A DNA stretch of 64,000 nucleotides from a virus. A program made the position numbers and the translations under genes. The notes under the pieces were generated by a model, which saw nothing but the letters and a program-made list of their open reading frames with translations, was not told where the DNA came from and did not search any database. Location of the stretch: positions 18,446-82,445 of IMG/VR virus record IMGVR_UViG_3300048838_001252; one strand, given 5' to 3'. Shown here piece after piece: positions 31,899 through 41,788 of the stretch (the first letter of the stretch is position 1; every line of letters starts with the position of its first letter).

Positions 31899-33905
31899 TT
31901 AGTTTTCATCTAAATCAATGGATTCAAGTGTTTCGAAATCAATATCTTCTGCTTCGTTTGTTCTTTGAATTGCATTAATACTTTCCGAACTTTTTAGTAA
32001 TTCATCGATTTCATTTATCATGTTTTGTGCATTTTGGTTCAATTTATCGTTGATTTGATTATTTTCATTGATAATTCTCTTCTGTTTGCTAATCTTTTTT
32101 CTTTCTGGTTCTTGACTATAACCAAAAACCATTTTTTCTACATGATTACTATATTCTTCATCTGTCATTTTACTGCTTTCTGCTAATGCTGGTGGCATTT
32201 CTCCACCACCCATTCCACCACCACCTAATGGTGCTGCTCCTGCTCCCGGAGGTGGCATTTCTCCACCTGCTGCTGGTGGTGCTGGTGGCATTCCACCACC
32301 TTCAGGTGGCATTCCACCTTGTTCTGTTCCACCCGTATCTGCAGCAACTGGCATACCCTCAACAGGCTCACCGAATCTTTTATCAATGTCGGTAAATAAA
32401 CCGGATTTCTTAATTGTAACTGGAGAATCAACAAGTTCTTGCATAACAACCTTTTCCATTTTCTGTTGTTTCAAGTCTTCAACAATTTCTCTGTCACTCA
32501 TGTTGAATACCATACGTTTTGCAGTTGTATGTGACATTGCAGCAATACCGCCTTCAGCACGTGTTAATTCAGTATATGTTTGTGCTTTCTCACGTAATAA
32601 TTCTGATTTGAGTAATTCCTGTTGTGTAGAAGGATTTGTAAGCGTCAATGTAAAACTATTCAAGTCCTCACCACTATAACCCAACAAGAATAAATGTATC
32701 ATTGCCATTTTATTGAGTTCCTGTATCATGGCTTGCTGAATACGATTAACCTTTTTTGCAAATCTGATATCATATTGTGCCATGTTTTTGCCAGCACCTG
32801 CAGCATCCTGAAAACTCAAGAATGGTTTTGGAATACCAAGTCCGATGAATAGATTATCTCTAAGATATTCAATATCTTGAATCTGGTCGAGATTTGATGC
32901 ACCCGCTAAAGTATCAATACCTGTTTGAGTATTTGCGTTTCTTACGGGTAGGAAATAATCTTCATCGTTTCCCAATATATTGAAACGGTAATCAATTTGA
33001 CCATCAGTGGGAGACACCTGTGCAATCTTTTTAAACTTGGTAGCAACTTTGTAAATATAATCCTCAATATCGTCTTCATCTATGTTTCCAACGTCAATTT
33101 TAAAAACCTTCTTTTCACCTGCACGAATAATACGGTAGGTAAGCATAGCGTCTTCTGCCATTACTAATTGACGGAAAACTCTTCTGACTTTATTTAAAAC
33201 CGATGAACCATATGGCAAGTACTTATCATCTCCAAGAAGTCTGAAGTGAGCAATTTCGAAAGTATTAAATTCGTCACCAGTCATTCTTTCTTTAAACTTC
33301 ACAATTGGTTTACCGTTTTGTATTCTTTCGAGTCTTTCAATTTCATAATTAACCAATTGTTTTACGTGTGTAATACCTTTCTTACGTTCACCATAGAGTA
33401 ATACAAAATTATCACCATATTTCACAAGATTTCTTACCCAGAACGGTAAGTTTACATTCACGTTAACAGTATCGAAGAAAAATTCTTCAAGTAATGTTTT
33501 AATCCTTTCCTTATTCGAATATATGTTAAGCATTTTACCATTTAAACCAATGGTGGTTGCTTCTTCCATAAATAAATCCAATGCAGAAGAAATAATTGGG
33601 TAATATTCCATACCCTCATAGTCGATATATGCTGGAAGTCTGGCAGCTTCATATTGTAATGCCTTTTGAAAACCCCTATCGGTTGTCCTGAAGAATTTAT
33701 TCTGAAGTTCTTTCTTCTGTTCTAACTCCAAACCCTTCCTATGTATTTCTTCGGGAGTATTACCTTTTATAATAACCTTTGGTTGTTTTGCTATTGGAGT
33801 TGATTGTGATACGGCAGGTTGTGAATCCTGAAAACCAAAACCATCCAAATTCAACATTTTGTTGAGTTGTTGATATAATGTGCCTTTTTGTTCCTTTTCA
33901 GCCAT
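31899..33905 (-). CDS. Portal protein (T4 gp20-like)
   Basis: EDAML.YRI.RA.E.KVFKIDVGN, EDYFLP, DIEYL. Confidence 0.93.
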   Translation of the reverse strand: MAEKEQKGTLYQQLNKMLNLDGFGFQDSQPAVSQSTPIAKQPKVIIKGNTPEEIHRKGLELEQKKELQNKFFRTTDRGFQKALQYEAARLPAYIDYEGMEYYPIISSALDLFMEEATTIGLNGKMLNIYSNKERIKTLLEEFFFDTVNVNVNLPFWVRNLVKYGDNFVLLYGERKKGITHVKQLVNYEIERLERIQNGKPIVKFKERMTGDEFNTFEIAHFRLLGDDKYLPYGSSVLNKVRRVFRQLVMAEDAMLTYRIIRAGEKKVFKIDVGNIDEDDIEDYIYKVATKFKKIAQVSPTDGQIDYRFNILGNDEDYFLPVRNANTQTGIDTLAGASNLDQIQDIEYLRDNLFIGLGIPKPFLSFQDAAGAGKNMAQYDIRFAKKVNRIQQAMIQELNKMAMIHLFLLGYSGEDLNSFTLTLTNPSTQQELLKSELLREKAQTYTELTRAEGGIAAMSHTTAKRMVFNMSDREIVEDLKQQKMEKVVMQELVDSPVTIKKSGLFTDIDKRFGEPVEGMPVAADTGGTEQGGMPPEGGGMPPAPPAAGGEMPPPGAGAAPLGGGGMGGGEMPPALAESSKMTDEEYSNHVEKMVFGYSQEPERKKISKQKRIINENNQINDKLNQNAQNMINEIDELLKSSESINAIQRTNEAEDIDFETLESIDLDEN

Positions 33906-33981
33906 TTTTATAATTTTTTATACTTTTTTATAAATACTACACTTTTCTTGAAAAGTCGTTCATAGATATAAATACATTTGA

Positions 33982-36033
33982 TTATTTCTTTTTCTTATCT
34001 AATCCATCAAATAACCATGAATGTGCAAGATATGGATTCATCGATGATGGACTATTGGGGGAAATCATTGGTTTATTTTTTATGTCTTGTTTTCTTCCTA
34101 TTTCAGAAATATCGTTATTGGTAATGATGGCATTAAGCATTTTTTCAGTAACACCCTTACTTTGCTTAAATCTTGCCATATCAAAATTCAAAACATATAA
34201 TCCAATTGACAATCCCATTATACTATCATCGTGAAAACTACGTTTATGGTCAGCCACACGATTTCCGGGAATCGTGACGAATGTTTTTAATTCATTCAAT
34301 AATCTTACTGACCTAATAATCACGTCTTCCAAATGCACTGCTCTTTGCATTTCAAGAAGCACCGAAGCACGGTTATTTCCAATAAAGAATCCGGGAATCA
34401 GGTCAACATTTACGACAGAACCATCTGCCATTGTTTTCTGACCCTTTTTAATATATCCTTGTAACCTATCTCTTGAAGGTTTATGTGTAACTTCTGCAAA
34501 GTGAACACTATCGTACCCAAATTCAAGTAATTTTTCCACGCTTTGCACACCATAACCACCAGTTATATCAACAACCGCATATGCATTATTATATCGTTTT
34601 CCATATTGATATGCAATTTCTGCAAGCATTTGTGGTGTTACTTTTCCATAGTATTCCGCAACCTGTTCAACTTTATGTCTTCTGATTTTAACTTTTTTTA
34701 TTTTATCGCCCTTTTTAATAACCTTTTCTTCAATTACTTCAACAGTTTTCAACATATTCAATGTTGAATTGTCATCACCGTGTCCCGGAGACGCATCGAG
34801 TGCTATAATGTAATCTTCTCCCGGTAATGGGTCTTCAAAAATCCACATATTTAAGTCGGTGTATTCTTGACGAATAGGTGTACGTACTTCATTTTCCTGA
34901 ATACGTTTAAGATATTCTTCAGCGATAAAGTTATCACCAGAACCCAAGAATGAACATAAAAGTTCTTGCGCAATTTTACGCATATCTCCGTTTGCATCTC
35001 TAACTTGTTCTTCAAACCAAGGACTGCTGGCTTCCCAACCGTCTTCCATCATTTGAATTCTGGTTTTTTTATCCCAATTTTGGTCAATTAATTTCTTTTC
35101 GTTTTCTTTACCTTTATTTTTCAACCAGCACAAATCTTTATTATATCTTGGGTCATTATACCACCATAGTTCAACCGCTTTAAAGTTATTTTCGTTTCTT
35201 CGTGCACCATCAAATGTTTTGTAGAATACTGCATCAAGACCGGAAGGAGTACTAACCATAATCGCAGCACCACCAGTTTGAAGTGTTGGTTTCGCTGCAG
35301 TCCAGAATTTATCTCCCTTTTCTGTCCATGCAGTTTCGTCCCAGAAAATAAGTGTTGGTGTCATACCACGAAGACCTTTAGAAGAGAAAGCACCTAATCT
35401 TGAATTATTATCGTAAATTTTTAATTTTTGTGTGTCCTTGAAATTACCAACAGCTTCTCTACCAGTTTTTGGTCTAAGCCAATCCGGGCAACCTTCAATA
35501 AATAAAACCACATCACTCATAATTTCATCACGTGCGGTTTCAAGTTTATCTGCAACAATTGCAACCTGTCTGTTCGGGTTGAACATCACATACCATGCTA
35601 TATATGCACAAGTTGTCGTGGATATACCTGCCTGACGATATTTGTTGGCAACCACAAATCTATTATCTCGATATGTTTGGATTAATTCTTTCTGAAAATC
35701 AAAAAGTTTGAATGGTACAATCATACCAGCCATACCCTGTGTCTGGTCAAAAATTGTTAAATATGTCTCAATAAAATATACGGGGTCTGTTGCACACCTA
35801 ATGATTTCCTGCTTTTGTTCTGTGATTGTTAATTCACTGGCTCTCTTAGCAATACCGTCTTTAGTAACAACAATTGGTTCAATCTTAGCAGATTGTTTTC
35901 TGAGTTCTGCAGCTAATTTCCTAATCTGTTCCTTTTCTTTTTCCCTCTGAACATCAATGGGTATTACTGGAACGTGTTCTGGAAATATATCTTCGATTTC
36001 TTTCTTTTCAACCTTTTCTTTATCAGTACTCAT
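33982..36033 (-). CDS. Terminase large subunit (T4 gp17-like)
   Basis: DPVYFIE.Y, KYRQAGIST, DETAW, VSTPSG, HDD..M. Confidence 0.95.
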   Translation of the reverse strand: MSTDKEKVEKKEIEDIFPEHVPVIPIDVQREKEKEQIRKLAAELRKQSAKIEPIVVTKDGIAKRASELTITEQKQEIIRCATDPVYFIETYLTIFDQTQGMAGMIVPFKLFDFQKELIQTYRDNRFVVANKYRQAGISTTTCAYIAWYVMFNPNRQVAIVADKLETARDEIMSDVVLFIEGCPDWLRPKTGREAVGNFKDTQKLKIYDNNSRLGAFSSKGLRGMTPTLIFWDETAWTEKGDKFWTAAKPTLQTGGAAIMVSTPSGLDAVFYKTFDGARRNENNFKAVELWWYNDPRYNKDLCWLKNKGKENEKKLIDQNWDKKTRIQMMEDGWEASSPWFEEQVRDANGDMRKIAQELLCSFLGSGDNFIAEEYLKRIQENEVRTPIRQEYTDLNMWIFEDPLPGEDYIIALDASPGHGDDNSTLNMLKTVEVIEEKVIKKGDKIKKVKIRRHKVEQVAEYYGKVTPQMLAEIAYQYGKRYNNAYAVVDITGGYGVQSVEKLLEFGYDSVHFAEVTHKPSRDRLQGYIKKGQKTMADGSVVNVDLIPGFFIGNNRASVLLEMQRAVHLEDVIIRSVRLLNELKTFVTIPGNRVADHKRSFHDDSIMGLSIGLYVLNFDMARFKQSKGVTEKMLNAIITNNDISEIGRKQDIKNKPMISPNSPSSMNPYLAHSWLFDGLDKKKK

Positions 36034-36064
36034 TTATAATATTTTATAAATAAATACTTTCCAG

Positions 36065-36220
36065 TATAAAAACCGCAGAGCACGGTATGAATCTGGTCAT
36101 ATCGTGCTCCGAAACCTTTTCTCCCTAATCTGGTGAGATAGGCAATTTAAATTTGCAGGAAACGTATAATGTCTTGATTTACGATTCCCGATTTCCTTCT
36201 TCCAAATGGAAAGATGAACT
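36065..36220 (-). ncRNA. Candidate late small RNA upstream of terL
   Basis: Own late motif at 36228-36235, no ORF, 3' GAGCACG/CGTGCTC hairpin then T-run. Confidence 0.4.
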
Positions 36221-36234
36221 TAAAAATATAAATA

Positions 36235-36720
36235 CTATATTTTTAATGAAGAAACCTCAACAAATTCATTATCTTTTGCAATAATTTTTCTTGAGTTCAA
36301 CATTTCTTTTATTTTTGCAAGTGTTATTCCGTAGTGGAAAACTAATAATGGCGTGTCATCGTCTTCATTTTCAAACATTTTCTGATAATCACTATAGCCA
36401 TTAGTATCATCTTCTGGTGGTGGAATTTCGTATGCTAAAGCATGAATTGTGTGATAACCATGCATATATTCTCTATCTACTGCTTCGTGCAGACAAAATA
36501 AATCAAATGTGCTGGTTTTTAAGTTATAAATTGAATTGATGAATTCTTCTGTTGGGGGCATTGCATTGTCGCAAGCAGGAGACATATCCCAACACCAACC
36601 TTCAATATCGATATTTGATGGGTCAAATGAAAAAATAAATTCAAACAACCCTTCGCCTTTTGCGTTATAACCAATTTTATTTACGTAAATTAGTTTTAAC
36701 TTTTTATCGTCATTCTCCAT
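36235..36720 (-). CDS. Conserved hypothetical late protein
   Basis: KLIYVNKIG...FEFIFS; late motif at 36734. Confidence 0.6.
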   Translation of the reverse strand: MENDDKKLKLIYVNKIGYNAKGEGLFEFIFSFDPSNIDIEGWCWDMSPACDNAMPPTEEFINSIYNLKTSTFDLFCLHEAVDREYMHGYHTIHALAYEIPPPEDDTNGYSDYQKMFENEDDDTPLLVFHYGITLAKIKEMLNSRKIIAKDNEFVEVSSLKI

Positions 36721-36759
36721 ATTATCTTTATTGATAAATACTGAGAATAATGAAACGTT

Positions 36760-37146
36760 TTATTGGTTCGATAATAATATACCATAATCCTCAAATATAA
36801 CAATATCAACAATTTTGAGTGAAAACAAATACATTTTAATCCTGTTGGCAAGTCTTTTTCCCCAATAAATTTTAAGGAATTGAAAGAGAATTGATGTAGA
36901 GAATAATGATATGCTAAACACCGGAAATTGATATAAAATGAGGGCAAAAATAATTAGTATCCAAGATATTATTTCTGATACCTTTTTTCTACTAAAAAAG
37001 ACGTGTAAATCGGCTTCACGTTCTTCAATAAGAAGTCTCCTGTATTCAAAATCCCTTTTTGCCTCTGCAAGTTTTACCAGTTCAGCATTTCGGTTTTTAC
37101 CACGTGAGATTCTCAGTGTTGTGTATGTTCTATTAATATTTTTCAT
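36760..37146 (-). CDS. Two-TM membrane protein
   Basis: Hydrophobic hairpin; TGTAAC-N16-CGTAT upstream. Confidence 0.55.
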   Translation of the reverse strand: MKNINRTYTTLRISRGKNRNAELVKLAEAKRDFEYRRLLIEEREADLHVFFSRKKVSEIISWILIIFALILYQFPVFSISLFSTSILFQFLKIYWGKRLANRIKMYLFSLKIVDIVIFEDYGILLSNQ

Positions 37147-37216
37147 AAAGACTTATACGTAAAGAGAAAAAAAATGTTACAAAAAAACCGGACTTTTTTG
37201 CCCGGTTTTTATTTTT

Positions 37217-39622
37217 TTAAGTACCTAATCTACTTCTGCCTCTCGCAAAATCACTTGGTCCTCCAACCTCACTATGGTCTACTGGAATGTATTCCACAAA
37301 ATTGTTTTTTCCAATCTTTAATTTACCCAAACCACTTGGGTCTGCTGCTGCTTGTTGTAGAATTACTAATTTATTTTCTGCTGGTGTTCTTGAGAGATAT
37401 CTTTCAATACCACCTTCGAAATCAATTTTAAATGTTTTATTAAGCCAATGATTTAATTCGTGTGGCTCTTCAACAGATAGTGAAGGTAAAACTGCTTTTA
37501 AGTCTTTTTGTTTTTTTAATCTACCTTCTGCCCATTGAGATGCTTTACCCATCCAATCGGTAATACCTTCATCTACAACTTCATCTTTTTTTTTAGACAC
37601 AACAGATTCATATAGACCAAACTGTTCGTCAATTATTTTATCGAGTCTTTTAAGTGTATCAGATTTTTTATCTTCGTTAAGACTTGCTTTTTTCAAACCA
37701 GCTTTAACTTCAAGACGTTCACGAATGTATTTTCTAATCTTTTTTTCTGATTCACTCATTGTAACATTAACAGTTTTATTCTGAGCATCGACATTTACAT
37801 CAACTCCTGTTGTTGGAGCACCTGCAGGTTTAACTGTATCTACACCAAGTGTTTGTGAATCTGGGGCGAAACCGATTTCAGGCGTACCTTCATCGTCAAT
37901 TTCTTCAGCACCGTCTTCCATTAATGCATTTGGTTGAACTTCAACACCTGCCGGGTCAACACCTTCTGCAGCAAATTTACTTAAATTAGCAGTACCAGCT
38001 TTACTTCCAAGTTGATTTTGAATAGTTGCTAAAATACTTCTAACATTAACTGGTTGTTTTCCGGCTTTTTCTAATCTTGTATTTAATGCAGCAATTTGTT
38101 TACCCAAACTTGCAGCAACGGTTTCAAGTTTTTTTATTTCCCCCGGTACTTCACCTGTATGATATGCTTGTTTTACGTCAGTAGCGTATTGTCCTACTGC
38201 TTGTCCTGCCTTTTGTGCAGCACCCGCAACAGCACCACCTACTTTTTGTGCAGCACCTGCAACAGCCTGTCCTGCCTTCTGAGCACCTGCTTTAATATCA
38301 CCACCTACTTTTCCAAATGCTTGTTTCATACCGCCCCAAAGTTCATCAATTTGTGCAGCTTTATCTTCCTCACTTGCTTCACTTAATGAGTTAACCATTG
38401 GTTCTAATTGACTTGCGTATTCGTCATGTCCATAATCACCTTTTAATTTATCCATGATTTCCGGTGTGATAAACAATGCAACTGCTTTGAAATCGCCATC
38501 ATTCTGACCTTCACCATGTGCGTTTGCATAGCCACTAACCAAGTTAGCCATTTCTTCTTCACCACATTCCATAATTGATTCTCTGGTATAGCCACGTGAT
38601 TCTGCGTACATTCCAAAGCTACCACATTCTGAACATTTTGCTTCTTCAACTTCTTCAGGTTCGTCAACAGACATATCATCACCAACTTCAATATCTTCGA
38701 TATCTTCATCAGGAACAACCTTTAAAATTTTATCTGCCATTGCTTTTCTGTCTTCAATTTCTACTTCATCAAACTTGTCTTTAAATGCAGTAAGAAATGA
38801 ATTTACATATGATTTAACCTGTGCAGGTTCTAATTCTGTTTTTCTGATTTTATTTGTTAATTTACCGAGACCCTTTTCAATTTCGGTTGTGGTAAGGTCT
38901 TTTTCTTCTGCGGGTGCAGCATCGCCTTCTCCACCTTCTGGTTCTTCTTCGCCACCCATTTCTGCTGGCATTTCTTCTCCACCTTCTGGTTCTTCTTCGC
39001 CACCCATTTCTGCTGGCATTTCTTCTCCACCTTCTTCGCTACCCATGTCGGCAGGTAATTCTTCACCACCTTCGGGTGCAGGTTCATCAACAGGCATTTC
39101 TTCGCCACCCATTTCTGCTGGCATTTCTTCATCACCCATTGGTTCTCCACTAAAATCAGGTTCTGGTTCGGCAGGAACTTCAGTTGCAGCAGTTGCAGCT
39201 TCCAAGTCACCTACTTTACTTGCAGCCATTTCAATTTCTTCACCAGCTTTGTCTTCATGAAGTTTTTGTTTTTTACTGCCAGTTTTACTTGGTTTCAATG
39301 TGACTGCCTCATTAATAACTTGAAACAACATGTTTCTTTGTTTATCAGCTTCAGCCAATGATTTGTATTGGTGTTTTGTAATGTTTTCTAAACCACCTAT
39401 ATATGCGAAATCAGATACGTTTGGGTCTTGTTTTAAACCACCCTTTTTAACAAAATATTGGTGATTTTCTTTCACAATTCCATAAGCAACTCCATCTGCT
39501 GCTCTTTTGTAATCTATTAAAGTACCCAAATTACGAGTAGATTCTTTTATTGTGGGTTTCTTTACTTCTGCTAATTGCTGAAGCCTTTGGTAAAACGCTT
39601 CTTGTGAATTATGTTTCTTCAT
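37217..39622 (-). CDS. Large acidic internal head protein
   Basis: 801 aa, low-complexity repeats, L-x-E sites, late motif at 39664. Confidence 0.6.
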   Translation of the reverse strand: MKKHNSQEAFYQRLQQLAEVKKPTIKESTRNLGTLIDYKRAADGVAYGIVKENHQYFVKKGGLKQDPNVSDFAYIGGLENITKHQYKSLAEADKQRNMLFQVINEAVTLKPSKTGSKKQKLHEDKAGEEIEMAASKVGDLEAATAATEVPAEPEPDFSGEPMGDEEMPAEMGGEEMPVDEPAPEGGEELPADMGSEEGGEEMPAEMGGEEEPEGGEEMPAEMGGEEEPEGGEGDAAPAEEKDLTTTEIEKGLGKLTNKIRKTELEPAQVKSYVNSFLTAFKDKFDEVEIEDRKAMADKILKVVPDEDIEDIEVGDDMSVDEPEEVEEAKCSECGSFGMYAESRGYTRESIMECGEEEMANLVSGYANAHGEGQNDGDFKAVALFITPEIMDKLKGDYGHDEYASQLEPMVNSLSEASEEDKAAQIDELWGGMKQAFGKVGGDIKAGAQKAGQAVAGAAQKVGGAVAGAAQKAGQAVGQYATDVKQAYHTGEVPGEIKKLETVAASLGKQIAALNTRLEKAGKQPVNVRSILATIQNQLGSKAGTANLSKFAAEGVDPAGVEVQPNALMEDGAEEIDDEGTPEIGFAPDSQTLGVDTVKPAGAPTTGVDVNVDAQNKTVNVTMSESEKKIRKYIRERLEVKAGLKKASLNEDKKSDTLKRLDKIIDEQFGLYESVVSKKKDEVVDEGITDWMGKASQWAEGRLKKQKDLKAVLPSLSVEEPHELNHWLNKTFKIDFEGGIERYLSRTPAENKLVILQQAAADPSGLGKLKIGKNNFVEYIPVDHSEVGGPSDFARGRSRLGT
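38925..39135 (-). repeat. In-frame EEMPAEMGGEEEPEGG repeats
   Basis: 48-bp near-exact tandem copies plus degenerate copies. Confidence 0.85.
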
Positions 39623-39698
39623 TTTTATATTTTTTTATGCCTATAATTTAGTTACATTTTTTTATAAATACTTAATTAAGAACAAAAAAATGGAAATG

Positions 39699-39947
39699 TT
39701 AAATTATTTCCCATTTTTCATTGATAATTTTATGTTTGACAAGCATTTCTTGAACTCTCGGTGTGATTAAATTCCTTCTACGAAAATCGTCAATTATCGA
39801 CTGGTTCGCTTTTTTTTCTGAAACGTTCTCATTTAAAAACTTAGCGTTTTTATGAAGACTTTCAATAACAGAATAGAAAATCTTTTCCGCTTTCTTCTTT
39901 TCTACGAATTCATCTAATTGCTTGCGTGTAACGATTATTCTCTTCAT
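39699..39947 (-). CDS. Hypothetical protein
   Basis: MKRIIVT..QL N-terminus; coupled to upstream gene. Confidence 0.55.
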   Translation of the reverse strand: MKRIIVTRKQLDEFVEKKKAEKIFYSVIESLHKNAKFLNENVSEKKANQSIIDDFRRRNLITPRVQEMLVKHKIINEKWEII

Positions 39948-40948
39948 GTTAAAAATTCATTTAAACTCAATTCTTTGGTTAAATAGTCGTTCTTGATTTC
40001 AACCATTCTACCAAGATACCCGGTATTCCTTAATATTTTAAATACGAGATTTTCTGTTGAAAATTCTCCACCCGTATCAAGTCCGGTTTGTCTATATTTT
40101 TTTATTTTATTTTTTAATGCCTCATGCCTTTTTATAAAGTCTTTTTGGGTAATGTGACTTTCCAAATCTTCAATAGCATTCATTAAGTCTGCTGCCTTCA
40201 ACTGTACGTCTGCAGTATCAATGTTGACAATTTTTTTTGTTGGTTTTCTAAGCCATTCGTCTTTAATTAAAGAATATGTTCCAGATGAATGATGTGGTTC
40301 TGCGCTATCTTGAAAATACATTTCAACATCATGTCCTTTTATCTGGATTGGTAATTTCTCTGCCCATAACTGTTTTTTCATTTTAAAGAAATCACCAACA
40401 AAATCCTTATTCTCTGAAATCTGATTAAAATCCAATATAACATGAACATCTAAATCAGAATTCTCATTATAATTATAGTTGGACATACTACCAGTTAAAA
40501 TTATGTCGTTGAATTTAAGATTTTCTGCATCACAAAATTCAATAAACCTTTTGGCGTTCATTAATAATGATTTCCTGACTTCAGTTTTCATTTTTTCATC
40601 GGATTCCCAGATAAGTGGACATAGTGTGTCATGCATTTGAATTGAAGACACGTCAACAACATCTGGTTCAACAATTTCTTTTAAAATATCTGAAACATTA
40701 TTTCTCGACCAGAATTTACATGACCAATAACGTGGAGTTGTTTTATCTTTGGCAGTGTCACACTTATGACGAGCACGAAAACTTTTACGTCTTTCTGGGT
40801 CATCACGTTTAATCTCCATATTAGGGTCACCAAAATTAACCTTTTTAACGTTATCTGTGCTTGGGTCTTTAACAAAGACCTTATACTTTTTAACGTCACC
40901 CTTCGTAGGTTTATTTAATTCGACACTATTTCCTTGATATTCTGCCAT
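39944..40948 (-). CDS. Pol-beta-family nucleotidyltransferase with extra basic N-terminal domain
   Basis: LTGS..NYNY...SDLDVH, VEMY; N-terminal FGDP...RRKSFRARHKC...YWSC. Confidence 0.75.
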   Translation of the reverse strand: MAEYQGNSVELNKPTKGDVKKYKVFVKDPSTDNVKKVNFGDPNMEIKRDDPERRKSFRARHKCDTAKDKTTPRYWSCKFWSRNNVSDILKEIVEPDVVDVSSIQMHDTLCPLIWESDEKMKTEVRKSLLMNAKRFIEFCDAENLKFNDIILTGSMSNYNYNENSDLDVHVILDFNQISENKDFVGDFFKMKKQLWAEKLPIQIKGHDVEMYFQDSAEPHHSSGTYSLIKDEWLRKPTKKIVNIDTADVQLKAADLMNAIEDLESHITQKDFIKRHEALKNKIKKYRQTGLDTGGEFSTENLVFKILRNTGYLGRMVEIKNDYLTKELSLNEFLT

Positions 40949-40963
40949 AATATTCTTTTCAAT

Positions 40964-41308
40964 TTAATTAATATATGTGGTTAATTCGTATTTACCACTT
41001 TCCATTCGATAAATTATAATTTGTAGTGCTTTTCTCTGCTCCTTACCGTCTTTATATATCGCAATACTACCACGTTTAGTTTCACCATATCCAACACCAC
41101 CAGTACCAAATTGATTAAATAATTCGTCATTGTCAACAGTAAATCCTCTACTTTCAGCCATTTGAACTGCTGCTTCAAGTGCTGCGCTTAATGTTTCAAA
41201 ATATGTTTCTGGTTTAAATGTTGAAATTTCATTTAAATTATCTTTAAATGATTTATCAACTTTTGACATAACCTCAAAAAGTCTCTGTTTATTATCAACT
41301 TTTTTCAT
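40964..41308 (-). CDS. Putative internal head protein (RLFEVM leader)
   Basis: MKKVDNKQRLFEVMSKVDKSFKDNLNE. Confidence 0.6.
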   Translation of the reverse strand: MKKVDNKQRLFEVMSKVDKSFKDNLNEISTFKPETYFETLSAALEAAVQMAESRGFTVDNDELFNQFGTGGVGYGETKRGSIAIYKDGKEQRKALQIIIYRMESGKYELTTYIN

Positions 41309-41325
41309 AAAGAATTTTTTAAACT

Positions 41326-41760
41326 TTATTTTCCAACTTTTGCAATATCAACAACTGGAATTTTTGATTTTTTTTCTTCTTCGGCAGGTGCTTCATCATT
41401 TTCTTCAGCTTCTGGTTCGTCATCATCCATTTTACGACTTGAACCTTCTTCTTCGCCTTCTTTTTCTTCTTCTTCACCGTGCATCCAACCATAAACATCA
41501 TTAAGATGCTCTTTAGCTATAACAATTTTATCTTGCACCCATGAAGGTAAATCACCTTCAGGTAATCCTTCATATGCTTTTTTTGCTAAATCAACAAGTT
41601 CTTCTAATTTGGCTTTATATGATGCACCTTCTTTTCCGTGTTCCTGTGGTTCTACAGAAATTTCTTCTTTTTCTTCAAACTCTTCATTTAAATTAGGTTT
41701 AAATGTTTTGTCGAGTCTACCCATGACTTCGAAAAGTCTTACTTTTGTATTTTTTTTCAT
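41326..41760 (-). CDS. Putative internal head protein (RLFEVM leader)
   Basis: MKKNTKVRLFEVMGRLDKTFKPNLNEE; LPSWVQDKI..AKEHL. Confidence 0.6.
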   Translation of the reverse strand: MKKNTKVRLFEVMGRLDKTFKPNLNEEFEEKEEISVEPQEHGKEGASYKAKLEELVDLAKKAYEGLPEGDLPSWVQDKIVIAKEHLNDVYGWMHGEEEEKEGEEEGSSRKMDDDEPEAEENDEAPAEEEKKSKIPVVDIAKVGK

Positions 41761-41788
41761 GTTTTTATTTTTCTATAAATACTTATAA

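Noticed and set aside
38096-39260. Alternative-frame and antisense ORFs in the repeat region, and similar shadow ORFs elsewhere
   Set aside because: By-products of low-complexity or biased coding sequence on the real strand
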